This document shows positions 37,642 to 47,007 of a stretch of 64,000 bases of DNA, in pieces. Origin of the DNA: an uncultured delta proteobacterium (GTDB lineage: Bacteria; Myxococcota_A; Polyangia; Polyangiales; Polyangiaceae); the NCBI GenBank assembly GCA_963782055.1, contig CAWAIF010000002.1, forward strand, positions 448,001 to 512,000, written 5' to 3'. Positions within the stretch are counted from its first letter, which is position 1, and each line of letters begins with the position of its first letter. The translations under genes and the position numbers were made by a program. A model generated the notes under the pieces. The model did not search any database. It had not been told where the DNA came from and was given only the letters and a program-made list of their open reading frames with translations.

Positions 37642-38571
37642 ATGAGGTTCCCGCGCGTCCTGCAGATCGGGCTGGGCGTCGTCTTCGGCCTCTTCACGCT
37701 GGCCGGCGCCGTCACCGCGGCGATGAACTGGCACAGGGGGCCCTCCGCCCTCATCATCTTCATCGTCCCGCTCGTCTTGCTGGTGGCGTCCGTCGGCGCC
37801 TTCCAGCTGCAGTTCCGCCTCATGCGCAAGCACGGCGAGCGGGTGCGCGCGGCCATGGACGCCATCGCGGCGAAGGTGTTCGACGCGCCGGCGGCGGTGC
37901 GCCCGGGCTACGACATGACCGTCACGTCCGGCGCGATGGGGGCCGCGGCGTCGGCGATGGAGGTGGACACGGGCTTCACCGCCGACGGCCGGTGTCGCGG
38001 CGCGCGCGTCTCGGTGGCGAGTCACGCCTCCACCCTCGGCCGGCAGGTCGGCGAGTTCGTGCACGTGTACTCGCACGTGGTGGTCGACATGCAGGGCTAC
38101 GCCGAGCGCTTCCACCTGACCAAGCAGGGCGCGGGCTCCATGATCGCGCGAGCCGCGGGGATGAAGCACGACGTGAAGGTGGGCGACGCCGCCTTCGACC
38201 AGGCGTGGAACATCGACGCCGACGAGGACGTGGCGCGCGAGGCGCTCGCGCCGTCCGTCCGCGCCCGGCTGATGGAGCTGCGCGCGCGGGTCGGCGCGGT
38301 GAGCCAGGACTTCGGCGTCGGCACCATGAGCGTCATCCTCACGCCGCACGGCCTCGCCATCCGGTGGCCCGGGCCGATCGACCCGGCGCTCGCCGTCTTC
38401 ATGCGCGACCTGTTGCTCGACATGCGCGAGCGCATCCTCGCCTACGAGGACCGAAAGGCGGCGCGCGCCGGCGCGGGAGGGGACACCTACCGCGTGGCCG
38501 CGGAGACCGGCGCCGCGGCGGAGGCGCTGCCGGAGGACGAGGCGGCGGAGAAGGCTCGCGCCAAGGCGTGA
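37642..38571 (+). CDS. Hypothetical membrane protein
   Basis: Two N-terminal TMs; DVKVGDAAFD motif; follows the upstream gene by 10 nt. Confidence 0.7.
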   Translation: MRFPRVLQIGLGVVFGLFTLAGAVTAAMNWHRGPSALIIFIVPLVLLVASVGAFQLQFRLMRKHGERVRAAMDAIAAKVFDAPAAVRPGYDMTVTSGAMGAAASAMEVDTGFTADGRCRGARVSVASHASTLGRQVGEFVHVYSHVVVDMQGYAERFHLTKQGAGSMIARAAGMKHDVKVGDAAFDQAWNIDADEDVAREALAPSVRARLMELRARVGAVSQDFGVGTMSVILTPHGLAIRWPGPIDPALAVFMRDLLLDMRERILAYEDRKAARAGAGGDTYRVAAETGAAAEALPEDEAAEKARAKA

Positions 38572-38601
38572 GCCGCCGGGCGCGCGCCGGGCACGCGTGG
38601 G

Positions 38602-39072
38602 TCAGGGCGAGCGCTGCTGCGCGCACGCGATCGCGGAGCCGGCGCGGCACGCGCGATCGAACGCCGCGTGCGCGGCCGCCGGGTCGTGGTGGACGCTCGC
38701 GCCGCTCATCCGCGGGAGCCCCACGCCGTGCCGGTACACGAAGCCGGAGATGGTGCACGAGGTCGCGACGCTCTCGCCGCGATCGCACGCCTTCACGTGG
38801 TCGCGGACGAAGTGTCCGAGGGTGTTGCAGCCGGCCATGCTCCCCTCGAAGCACGCGCACTGCGCGAGGAGCAGAAGCTGCTCGCCCGTCTCGGCCGTCT
38901 CGCCGCGCGCGGTGTCCAGATCGGCGGCGGCCTCGTAGCAAGTCCGGGGATCGTCGCAGGGGCAGGTGAGCTTGGTGGGGTCCTTCGCGTCGTAGCCGGT
39001 GGCGGACGCGGCGCACGCGGCGAGGGTCACGGCGAGCGCGGTCGCTGGGCGGAGCGTGGGGCGGAGCGGCAT
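38602..39072 (-). CDS. Sel1/Hcp-like Cys-rich lipoprotein
   Basis: Lipobox LAAC; AC..G....C..LG repeats. Confidence 0.7.
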   Translation of the reverse strand: MPLRPTLRPATALAVTLAACAASATGYDAKDPTKLTCPCDDPRTCYEAAADLDTARGETAETGEQLLLLAQCACFEGSMAGCNTLGHFVRDHVKACDRGESVATSCTISGFVYRHGVGLPRMSGASVHHDPAAAHAAFDRACRAGSAIACAQQRSP

Positions 39073-39154
39073 GGCGCGAATGCTACCCCGCCGCGACGAG
39101 ATGCCCCTGCGGTTGGTTGTCGATCCGCGTCGCGACACGATGCAGGATGCACCC

Positions 39155-40183
39155 ATGAGAAGAGTCGCCGGTGCGGTCGCGGTGGTGATGGCGGGGTTGA
39201 CGATGGCGTGCGGGAGCAGCGATTCCTCCGCGCCGGACGGCGGCGGCGCGGACGGCGGCGGCGTGGACGGCGGCGGCGTGGACGCGGGCGGCCCGGACGC
39301 CCAGGGCTCCGACTCCGGCGGCGGCGACGCGGCGACCACCGGCATCAAGACCGTCTTCGTCATCGTGATGGAGAACCACAACTGGTCGGAGATCGAGGGG
39401 AGCGCCTCCGCCCCGTACATCAACAAGACGCTCCTGCCGATGGCCTCGTACTGCGACAACTACTTCGACAACCCGAAGAAGGTGCACCCGAGCGAGCCGA
39501 ACTACATCTGGATGGAGGCCGCCGACAACCTGGGGATCACCGACGACAGCGACCCGTCGGCCAACCACCAGGCGACGACGGACCACCTCGTCACCTATCT
39601 CCAGAAGGCGGGGGTCACGTGGCGCTCCTACCAGGAGAACATCAGCGGTACGACGTGCCCGGTCAGCTCGAGCGGCCTCTACGGCGCCAAGCACAACCCG
39701 ATGGTCTACTTCGACGACGTGGCCGGCAACCCGCCGGACAGCAAGTCGCAGAACTGCATCGACCACGTGCGGCCGTACACCGAGCTCGCGACCGACCTGC
39801 AGGCGGACAAGGTCGCGCAGTACGACTTCATCACGCCCAACCTCTGCCACGACATGCACAACGCCAGCGGCTGCGCCACGGGCGACCAGGTGAAGAACGG
39901 CGACACCTGGCTCTCCACCGAGGTGCCCAAGATCCTCGCGTCGAACGCCTACAAGAACGGCGGCGCGCTCTTCATCACGTGGGACGAGAGCGAGGGCGGG
40001 GAGTTCCCCATCGGCATGATCGTGCTCTCCCCGCTGGCCAAGGGCGCCGGCTACAAGAGCACCGTGAAGCTGTACCACTCGTCGCTGGTGCGGAGCGTGG
40101 AGGAGATCTTCGGCATCACGCCGCTGCTGCGCGACGCGGCGAACCAGCCGGACCTCTCCGACCTCTTCACGACGTTCCCGTAG
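39155..40183 (+). CDS. Phosphoesterase family (acid phosphatase/phospholipase C-like) lipoprotein
   Basis: FVIVMENH, HPSEPNY, KHNP, PNLCHDMH, ITWDE. Confidence 0.9.
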   Translation: MRRVAGAVAVVMAGLTMACGSSDSSAPDGGGADGGGVDGGGVDAGGPDAQGSDSGGGDAATTGIKTVFVIVMENHNWSEIEGSASAPYINKTLLPMASYCDNYFDNPKKVHPSEPNYIWMEAADNLGITDDSDPSANHQATTDHLVTYLQKAGVTWRSYQENISGTTCPVSSSGLYGAKHNPMVYFDDVAGNPPDSKSQNCIDHVRPYTELATDLQADKVAQYDFITPNLCHDMHNASGCATGDQVKNGDTWLSTEVPKILASNAYKNGGALFITWDESEGGEFPIGMIVLSPLAKGAGYKSTVKLYHSSLVRSVEEIFGITPLLRDAANQPDLSDLFTTFP

Positions 40184-40185
40184 GC

Positions 40186-40599
40186 CTACTCCAGCTCGAA
40201 GACATCGGGCATGAGCGCGGCCAGGGTGGTGTCGCGCCGGACGTCGCCCGCGTCGGTCTCCGCCACGAGAACGACGGGCATGTCCCGCGCGAACTCCACC
40301 AGCACCTGCCGGCACATCCCGCAGGGGGACCCCGGCTTGGTCCCGCCCGTCACGATGACGCACGCCACCGGCGCCGACGCGCCCGCCGCCACCATCTGGC
40401 CGATGGCGTTGCGCTCCGCGCACACCGTGGCGCCGAAGGAGGCGTTCTCCACGTTGCACCCCGCGAAGGTGCGGCCGTCCTCCGTCGCGATCGCCGCGCC
40501 CACGCGGTAGCGCGAGTACGGTGCGTAGGCCTTCGCCCGCGCCTCCCGCGCGGCCGCGAGCAGCCTGGCGACGAGCGCCTCGTCGGGCTTCACGCTCAC
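40186..40599 (-). CDS. cdd: Cytidine deaminase
   Basis: AYAPYS.Y.VGAA, GCNVENAS, CAERNA, PCGMCRQ. Confidence 0.95.
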   Translation of the reverse strand: MSVKPDEALVARLLAAAREARAKAYAPYSRYRVGAAIATEDGRTFAGCNVENASFGATVCAERNAIGQMVAAGASAPVACVIVTGGTKPGSPCGMCRQVLVEFARDMPVVLVAETDAGDVRRDTTLAALMPDVFELE

Positions 40600-41441
40600 T
40601 CCTCCGCCCCCGCGCGCACCACCCACTCCCAGAGCAGGCGCAGCAGGTCCTGCCGCCGCGCCTTCGCCGTCTCCTCCACCTCCGCGTGGCTGAGCGGGGT
40701 CTTGGAGATCCCCGCGGCCAGGTTGGTGATGCAGGAGAGCGCCGCCGCACGCACGCCCATGTGGCGCAGGGCGATCACCTCCGGCACGGTGCTCATGCCG
40801 ATGGCCTGCGCGCCCAGCGTGCGGAGCATGCGGATCTCGGCGGGCGTCTCGTAGGAGGGGCCGGTGAGCCAGGCGTAGACGCCCTCGCGCAGGGTGAGGC
40901 CCGTCACCTTCGCCGCCTCGTGGCAGGCGGCGCGCAGGGCCGGGTCGTAGGCGGCGCTCATGTCGGGGAAGCGCGTGCCGAGGGTGTCGTCGTTGGGGCC
41001 GATGAGGGGGGAGCGCGCGGTGAGGTTCAGGTGGTCGGTGATCACCATCAGGTCGCCGGGCGCCCACGTCGGCTCGCACCCGCCGGCGGCGTTGGTGAGC
41101 AGCACCGCCGAGACGCCCAGGCGCGCCATCGTCCGCGCGCCGTGGACGACGGCGTCGATGTCGTGGCCCTCGTAGAAGTGCACGCGCCCCTGCATGCAGA
41201 CGACGGGCACCTCCCCCACGTGGCCGAAGCAGAAGTTGCCCGCGTGGCCGGGGACCCTGGACACCGGCAGGTGGGGGACCTGCGCGTAAGGAATCTTCGG
41301 CCCGTCGAGCGCGTCGCCGAAGGCGCCGAGGCCGCTGCCGAGCACCACCCCGACGCGCGGGCGGGCAAACTCCGTCCCGGCGAGCCGGGTCTCGAGCGCC
41401 CGCGTGGTCTCCAGGAGGCGGGCGGACGTGTTGGCATCCAT
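40596..41441 (-). CDS. punA: Purine nucleoside phosphorylase (trimeric family)
   Basis: VVLGSGLG, GHAG, QGRVHFYEG, TNAAGG, GPSYETPAE, GMSTVPE. Confidence 0.93.
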   Translation of the reverse strand: MDANTSARLLETTRALETRLAGTEFARPRVGVVLGSGLGAFGDALDGPKIPYAQVPHLPVSRVPGHAGNFCFGHVGEVPVVCMQGRVHFYEGHDIDAVVHGARTMARLGVSAVLLTNAAGGCEPTWAPGDLMVITDHLNLTARSPLIGPNDDTLGTRFPDMSAAYDPALRAACHEAAKVTGLTLREGVYAWLTGPSYETPAEIRMLRTLGAQAIGMSTVPEVIALRHMGVRAAALSCITNLAAGISKTPLSHAEVEETAKARRQDLLRLLWEWVVRAGAEE

Positions 41442-41471
41442 CGCCAGCAACCTACCACGGCTCACCCCATG

Positions 41472-41494
41472 CCCTCTCCCTACGAGGGAGAGGG
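41472..41494. repeat. REP-like palindrome
   Basis: CCCTCTCCCT-acg-AGGGAGAGGG preceded by CTCACCCC, in an intergenic region. Confidence 0.55.
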
Positions 41495-41627
41495 AGAAGA
41501 GAGGAGGAGCGCGGGAGGGCGCGGGGAGTCGCGGGGGGTCGCGAGTGGACAGTCGAGGATCCACGCGGATTTCCCGCGGATCGCGCGCGGTCGCGATGGA
41601 CCCGTCCGTGCAGTGTGCACGGGTACC

Positions 41628-43145
41628 ATGGTCGTCTCGCGATCGCTCGTCCGCCTGCTCGTCGTCGCCGCGCTCTCCCCGCTCGCCGTCGCCGCGTGCT
41701 CCTCCGCGCCGCCCACCGACGAGGAGGTCGCGCAGAGCACCGCCGAGGCGCTGACCGGCGACGACGCCGTCTCCCGCGCCGAGGACTGGGTGGCGGTGAA
41801 GCTGCACTACTGCCAGGCCCCCAACCACAAGCACGACTACGACGCGGCGTGCTCCTCCACCTGCAACCGCTACAGCAACCCGCAGTGGGACCCCTACCGC
41901 TCCGATTGCTCCGGCCTGGTGTCCTGGGCGTGGGGGCTGCCTGCGCCTGGCCGCGTGACCACGCAGTTCGCCCCCTTCCAGACCGACATCTCCAAGGCCA
42001 TCTCCGCCATCGACCTGGCGCCGGGCGACGCGGTGAACAACTCGGAGCACGTCATGCTCTTCAAGAAGTGGGTGACGAAGGGCAAGAGCGCGGTCTTCAT
42101 CGAGGAGCCGGGCTGCTCCGTCTCGACGCCGTACGCGCACGAGCTCACCTCCAACGTCTCCCTCAACGGCAGCTCCATCTACGTGAGCTACGAGGGTGCG
42201 AGCTTCACCGCCATCCACTACAAGGCGATGCAGCCGCCCAACACCGCGCCGCGCGGCTACCTCGACGCCGCCGACTGCACCGCGCTCGCGGGCTGGGCGC
42301 AGGACCAGGACACGCCGGACAAGGCCATCTCGGTGGACCTGTACTTCGACGCGAAGGCGGGGGGCACCGGCGGCTCCGGCTCGCTCCGCACCACCGCGAA
42401 CCAGTCGCGCGCCGACCTGTGCAAGAACATCGGCTCCTGCGACCACGGCTACTCGGTGGCGCCGCCGCGCAGCCTGCGCGACGGCAAGAAGCACACGGTC
42501 TACGCCTACGGCATCGACTCCTCCGGCAAGGGCCCCAACCCGATGCTGAGCGCCGCGCCGAAGAGCTTCACCTGCGACCCGCCCGCGCCGCCCTTCCCGC
42601 CGGGCGTGAAGCGCTGGGTGAAGAGCGTCAAGGTGGCGGGCGCGTGGAACATCGACCTGTTCACCGACGTGGCGCCGGAGCCGCCCGCGCTCGTCGACAC
42701 CTACCCGCGCGGCGACGACCTGCCCGCGGCCCCGGTGGTGGTGCAGGCGGACGACGGCACGCCGGAGGTGTGGGTGGTGGACGGCCCCGAGCGCCGCCAC
42801 GTCATCAACCCGGCGTCGCTGAAGGCGTGGGGCTTCACCGTGACGCCGTGGCCGGCGGCGAAGGTGCAGGCCCTCACGCAGGGGCCCGACTGGCCGGCGA
42901 AGCCCTTCGCCCTGCGCGCCGCCGGCAATCCGGCCGTCTACGTGCTGGACGTCGCGGCCCCATCCACCGACCCCGGCGGCCCGCTCCCGGGCAATCCCGG
43001 CTCCTCCGGCGCCGCCCCGGGCGACCCGCAGGCCGGCGCGACGGGCTGCTCCGCCGCGCCCGGGTCGGCGAGCGCGAGCTCCGGCCTGTGGCTCCTGGCT
43101 GCGCTCGCCCTCGTCCGTCGCAAGAGGTCGCCGTCCGCTCGATGA
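41628..43145 (+). CDS. NlpC/P60 peptidoglycan hydrolase lipoprotein with MYXO-CTERM tail
   Basis: Lipobox VAAC; YRSDCSGLVSWAW and HVMLF; C-terminus GCSAAPG...LWLLAALALVRRKR. Confidence 0.85.
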   Translation: MVVSRSLVRLLVVAALSPLAVAACSSAPPTDEEVAQSTAEALTGDDAVSRAEDWVAVKLHYCQAPNHKHDYDAACSSTCNRYSNPQWDPYRSDCSGLVSWAWGLPAPGRVTTQFAPFQTDISKAISAIDLAPGDAVNNSEHVMLFKKWVTKGKSAVFIEEPGCSVSTPYAHELTSNVSLNGSSIYVSYEGASFTAIHYKAMQPPNTAPRGYLDAADCTALAGWAQDQDTPDKAISVDLYFDAKAGGTGGSGSLRTTANQSRADLCKNIGSCDHGYSVAPPRSLRDGKKHTVYAYGIDSSGKGPNPMLSAAPKSFTCDPPAPPFPPGVKRWVKSVKVAGAWNIDLFTDVAPEPPALVDTYPRGDDLPAAPVVVQADDGTPEVWVVDGPERRHVINPASLKAWGFTVTPWPAAKVQALTQGPDWPAKPFALRAAGNPAVYVLDVAAPSTDPGGPLPGNPGSSGAAPGDPQAGATGCSAAPGSASASSGLWLLAALALVRRKRSPSAR

Positions 43146-43188
43146 GCGCACCGCAAGCGTAAGAGCGCGAGGCTCCCCCCCCCCGGGG

Positions 43189-43886
43189 TTACCGTCCAGT
43201 CGATAACCGACACCTCGGACGGTGACGACCGCCTCGCCTGCAACTCCGAGCTTCGCCCGAAGGCGAGCGATGGCCTCGGCTACTGCGTGGGAGCGTGCGG
43301 TTGGTGATTCGGTGCTTCGAGCCAACGCCGCGGTGGTGACGGGCGCCGGCGCACTCACCGCCAGCCGGGAGAGAAGCGCAAACTCGTTCGTCGTGACGGC
43401 GACGTCCGTGCCATCCACCCGCACGCTGCGGGCAACGTGATCGATCTCGATGCGACCAATCCTCAGGTCCGCCCGGACGTCGATGGTTCCGGACGAGCGC
43501 CGCACGAGGCGCCTGATGCGCGCCTTGAGCTCGGCCAGGCGCTCGAGAGGTGAAGCCACCACATCATCGGCCCCGGCTTCGAGCGCAGCCGCGAAGTCCT
43601 CCGGGGACCAGTCTCGCCCAGAGTAGAGGAGCACCGGAATGGGCTGCCCCATGGCACGGATCGCCCTCGCGAGCTCCGGACCGTCCAGCACGCCGGGCCG
43701 CGGCATACTCATCGACCCGGCGAGGCACCAGTCGCTGACGAGGATGTCGACTGCGTCCCGCATCAGCACGCGAAGCGCTTGCTCCGCGCTCGTCGCCTCC
43801 ACGCACCCGAGGCCATCCGATCGCAGTGCCGCGGCGAGGTGCCGTCGAACGGCGCTGTCGTCATCCACGAGAAGACACCGGACCAC
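43189..43886 (-). CDS. OmpR-family response regulator; in-frame stop missing (probable 1-nt deletion)
   Basis: LLVDDD, ILVSDW, GADD, ELKARIR, TTNEFALL, TVRGVGYRL; out-of-frame TAA directly after ...GYRLD. Confidence 0.7.
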
Positions 43887-44013
43887 GACTCGAGGCTACG
43901 CTCAATCTCCTGGCACGTGAAGCACGCCGCGCACGGGAGGGCCAGCGCGAGCCGGCTGGCGGCCTTCCGGGCTTCGACACGCCCGTGAGCTGTCCTCACG
44001 AGTCGCCCAGCCT

Positions 44014-45252
44014 TCACAAGCCCGGCACCCGGTAGACTGCGACGTGGTCCGTGCACTCGCGCTCTGTCGGCTTGGGGTCGTCAGGTGGGGCGAAGCACTC
44101 CACGCCGCCGCCGAGCAGGATGGCGCAGATCAGGCCGGTCTGCGGTGCGATCGCGGAGACCGGGCCGGAGAACTCCGCGGTGAGCGCCACCGGAGACCAA
44201 GGCGTCGGACAGTAGAAGCTCCCCCAGCAGAGGACGTTCCGGTCGGTCGTGATCGCGCACGCATGCTGGCCGCTGGCCGTGAGCTGGGCGACGCCGGAGG
44301 AGAGGCCGAGCACGTCGAGGGGCTGGCCGGACGCGTGAAGCTGGATGAAGTCGTCACCGGTGCCGAGCGCGCCGAAGCCGTTGCGTCCCCAGCACTGGAC
44401 CCGGCCTGTTGCATCGAGGGCGCAGGAGAAGTAGATGCCGCTGGCCACGGCGCGGGTCGGGCTGGCGAGGCCCTGGATGGTGATGGGGGAGCTCGTCGCG
44501 TACGAACCCTGCAAAACAAGGCTCATGTCCTGGGGATCGTCGCTCCCGCGGCAGGCGACGCTTCCGTCCGGGTGGATCCCGCACTCGTGCGTCGCCCCGA
44601 CGGAGAAGGAGACCCAGGGCCCCGGTAGATGCACGATGATCTCCCCTGCACTGTGAAAATTCTCCGTGCAGTCCACCGCGCCAACGTCGTCCAGCGCGCA
44701 CAACGTGGGGTTGTCGCCGCTGTAGACATGGCGGTACTTCGCCTCAGCCCGTCCCCATGAGAAGAGGCCGGCAGCTCGCGCCGATTGGCACAGAATCTGG
44801 CCGTCACCCGCGAGAATGCATACCGAATCTCCGACGCGCGCGATCTCGCGCGCGGGCTTGGGGAAGAGGACCTGCGACGGCGTCGACGTGAATTCGCTGA
44901 ACCTGGCGTCTTCACCCCCCGACCAGCACCATACGGAGCCGTCGGAGCGTCTCGCACACGCAGTTCCCGGCCCCACGGTGATAGCGGTGACGGAGCAGCA
45001 GCCCCCGTCGCACGGCGCGAGCCCGGGCTTGCACGTCGGGGCGCACTTCTCGTCCACGCACGATGTCTGCATGCCGGGGTCTGCGGTAGGGCACACCACC
45101 CCGCCGCAGCTCGTCCTGCTGCGGGGCGACGCGTCCAGCGCCGTGCGGGAGCCGCAGGCGAGCGCCAACGCCGCGCACGGGAGCGCCAGCGCGAGCCTGC
45201 TCCTCCTAGAGCGAGAACGGCTCGAGGAAGAAGGGGGCGCTGGATCCGCCAT
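44014..45252 (-). CDS. RCC1-repeat Cys-rich lipoprotein
   Basis: Lipobox ALAC; G..H.CA....G.V.CWG repeats (SCALDATGRVQCWGRNGFGALG). Confidence 0.8.
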   Translation of the reverse strand: MADPAPPSSSSRSRSRRSRLALALPCAALALACGSRTALDASPRSRTSCGGVVCPTADPGMQTSCVDEKCAPTCKPGLAPCDGGCCSVTAITVGPGTACARRSDGSVWCWSGGEDARFSEFTSTPSQVLFPKPAREIARVGDSVCILAGDGQILCQSARAAGLFSWGRAEAKYRHVYSGDNPTLCALDDVGAVDCTENFHSAGEIIVHLPGPWVSFSVGATHECGIHPDGSVACRGSDDPQDMSLVLQGSYATSSPITIQGLASPTRAVASGIYFSCALDATGRVQCWGRNGFGALGTGDDFIQLHASGQPLDVLGLSSGVAQLTASGQHACAITTDRNVLCWGSFYCPTPWSPVALTAEFSGPVSAIAPQTGLICAILLGGGVECFAPPDDPKPTERECTDHVAVYRVPGL

Positions 45253-46807
45253 ACAGGACCTCGTAGCCACAGGTTGGGGTGTCGAGCCCGATCGTGCGGG
45301 CGAAATTGTCGTAGTTGCTCGTGCTCGTGTCGTAGGTGAAGAGCTGGTTGGGAAAACCGAGCGAGGGCGGGAGCGACGGCGGCAGGAAAGCGCCGCCGTT
45401 GAGCCCCGTCGCCATGACCCGGACGCCCCCAAAGTCCGAGGTTCCCGGGTACCTGACGTTGTCCTCGTTCGACAGATGGGCGAGCGCGAAGGTTTCCGTC
45501 GTCGTGTTCGTCGAGAACAGCACCGAGGGGGCCACGTCGTCGTACTCCACGTCGCCGATGGGGGCACCGTCCCCTGGTCGTCCTGGACCTCCTGATGGAA
45601 GAGCCGGTTCCAGGTCATGTCGAAGGGCGCCGTCTGGGAGAGGTCGATGCGCAAGCCGAACGGCTGGCCGCTGTGGGTGTCCGGGTGCCAGATGGGGACG
45701 GCGAACGCGACCGTCTGGAGCATCGGGTCCATCGTGATGGCCGCGTCCTGCCAGTTCCGGTAGCTCCCGATGCACTCCGGATGGTGGGGATCGCTGGCGA
45801 TCGGGCCGAGATCCGTCCAGTCGGCGTCTCCATCGTGCCACGCGATGGCGGACCAGCGGACCTTGCGAACGACTCCCGGACACTCCGGGCTCCGGGGGGT
45901 AGCCGTCGTCCGGGCCGACGCCGACGATCACGGTCTGGTGCTGCACGCACGTACCCTGCGTGACGGCGCACTTGCCCACGGCGAAGCGGAAGTAGCCCTT
46001 CGCAATGTGGGGGTGGAAGGCGGACGGCAGCGGCACTTCACTATAGAAATGGTAGGCGGCCTGAGTGACAGGGTCGAGAGTCCACTTCTGCACATGCCAG
46101 CCGTAGTAGTAGCCGTCGTATGGGTCCCCGGTGTAGTAGCTGATGTACAGGTCGGAGTTGTCCTGGGCAACCTGGGCGTAGAAGGGCGTGCTGTTGCACC
46201 CGTTGCCGCCATTGTTCGAGGCACACGACGCATTGTCCACCACCACCTGCGGTGTTCCCCACTGGCTGCTCCCGTCCGTGGAGACCACGACGGCCACCCC
46301 CGAAGTGCCGTACCCGACGCCGGGATCGAAGCTGTTCGCGTCCGCGAAGTTGGTCACGGTGACGAAGTGACCGGCAAGATGCGGAATCGCGAAAGTCTGC
46401 GCGTTGTCCGTGTACTGGACGAAGGGCGCGCTCAGCACGCCGGAGGGCGGGCCCCACACCGTCGTGGCATCGCCGTGCTGGAGGCTCTGCGGGGGCGATC
46501 CAGTCGTCCACGTCATGAAGCCGAGCCGCCGGTAGGGCTCGTTGTAGGTGTACGTGGCGAGGTGAAGGGGGTTGTCGCCAAAGAACCCTACGTTGAATGC
46601 CGCGCTCTCGTTGTACGCGTCGAGCACATCGGGGAAGCCGAAGGCGCTCTCGGTGCTCAGCGTCGTCGCCTGAGACGTGGTCCCCAGGTCCTCCGCGGTG
46701 GGCGCGCAGCCCCCCAGGGCGACGACGAAGAGCGTGGCGGCGAGACGGCTGATACGAAGCGGCAGACGCGTGCTGAGAGAGAGAACTGGATACGTGCCCA
46801 TGATCAC
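45206..46807 (-). CDS. Lipoprotein with Asp-box-like motif; two compensating frameshifts (~45900 and ~45562)
   Basis: Lipobox LGGC; STDGSSQW; middle segment reads protein-like only in the alternative frame. Confidence 0.6.
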   Translation of the reverse strand: MIMGTYPVLSLSTRLPLRISRLAATLFVVALGGCAPTAEDLGTTSQATTLSTESAFGFPDVLDAYNESAAFNVGFFGDNPLHLATYTYNEPYRRLGFMTWTTGSPPQSLQHGDATTVWGPPSGVLSAPFVQYTDNAQTFAIPHLAGHFVTVTNFADANSFDPGVGYGTSGVAVVVSTDGSSQWGTPQVVVDNASCASNNGGNGCNSTPFYAQVAQDNSDLYISYYTGDPYDGYYYGWHVQKWTLDPVTQAAYHFYSEVPLPSAFHPHIAKGYFRFAVGKCAVTQGTCVQHQTVIVGVGPDDGYPPEPGVSGSRSQGPLVRHRVARWRRRLDGSRPDRQRSPPSGVHRELPELAGRGHHDGPDAPDGRVRRPHLAPGHPQRPAVRLAHRPLPDGALRHDLEPALPSGGPGRPGDGAPIGDVEYDDVAPSVLFSTNTTTETFALAHLSNEDNVRYPGTSDFGGVRVMATGLNGGAFLPPSLPPSLGFPNQLFTYDTSTSNYDNFARTIGLDTPTCGYEVLYGGSSAPFFLEPFSL

Positions 46808-47007
46808 GTCCGAGCGCGACTCTACGGGCGCAAGGCAAGTTGCACGTCCATATCGCGTCCATAATTGCGATCTTCAATGCTCTCCATACCTAGGCGGGAT
46901 CGAGCCTGGAGGATTGGTTCCCGTTGTTCCCACGCCAGGCCTACCGGCGAGGAGCGGGATGCAGGCCGGGATGCGTCGCTTCCCTGCCTCCCCTCTCCCT
47001 GTGATCA

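Noticed and set aside
39236..39290. 15-bp tandem repeat (DGGG[AV] x3)
   Set aside because: In-frame low-complexity linker typical of these lipoproteins
40596..43886. 1096-aa response regulator-PNP fusion ORF
   Set aside because: The middle is the antisense shadow of the NlpC/P60 gene. PNP has its own ATG and -10 box. A lost stop codon explains it better.
43911..43926. TGGCACG as a sigma54 promoter
   Set aside because: GC falls at N8 rather than N10, and no plus-strand gene follows
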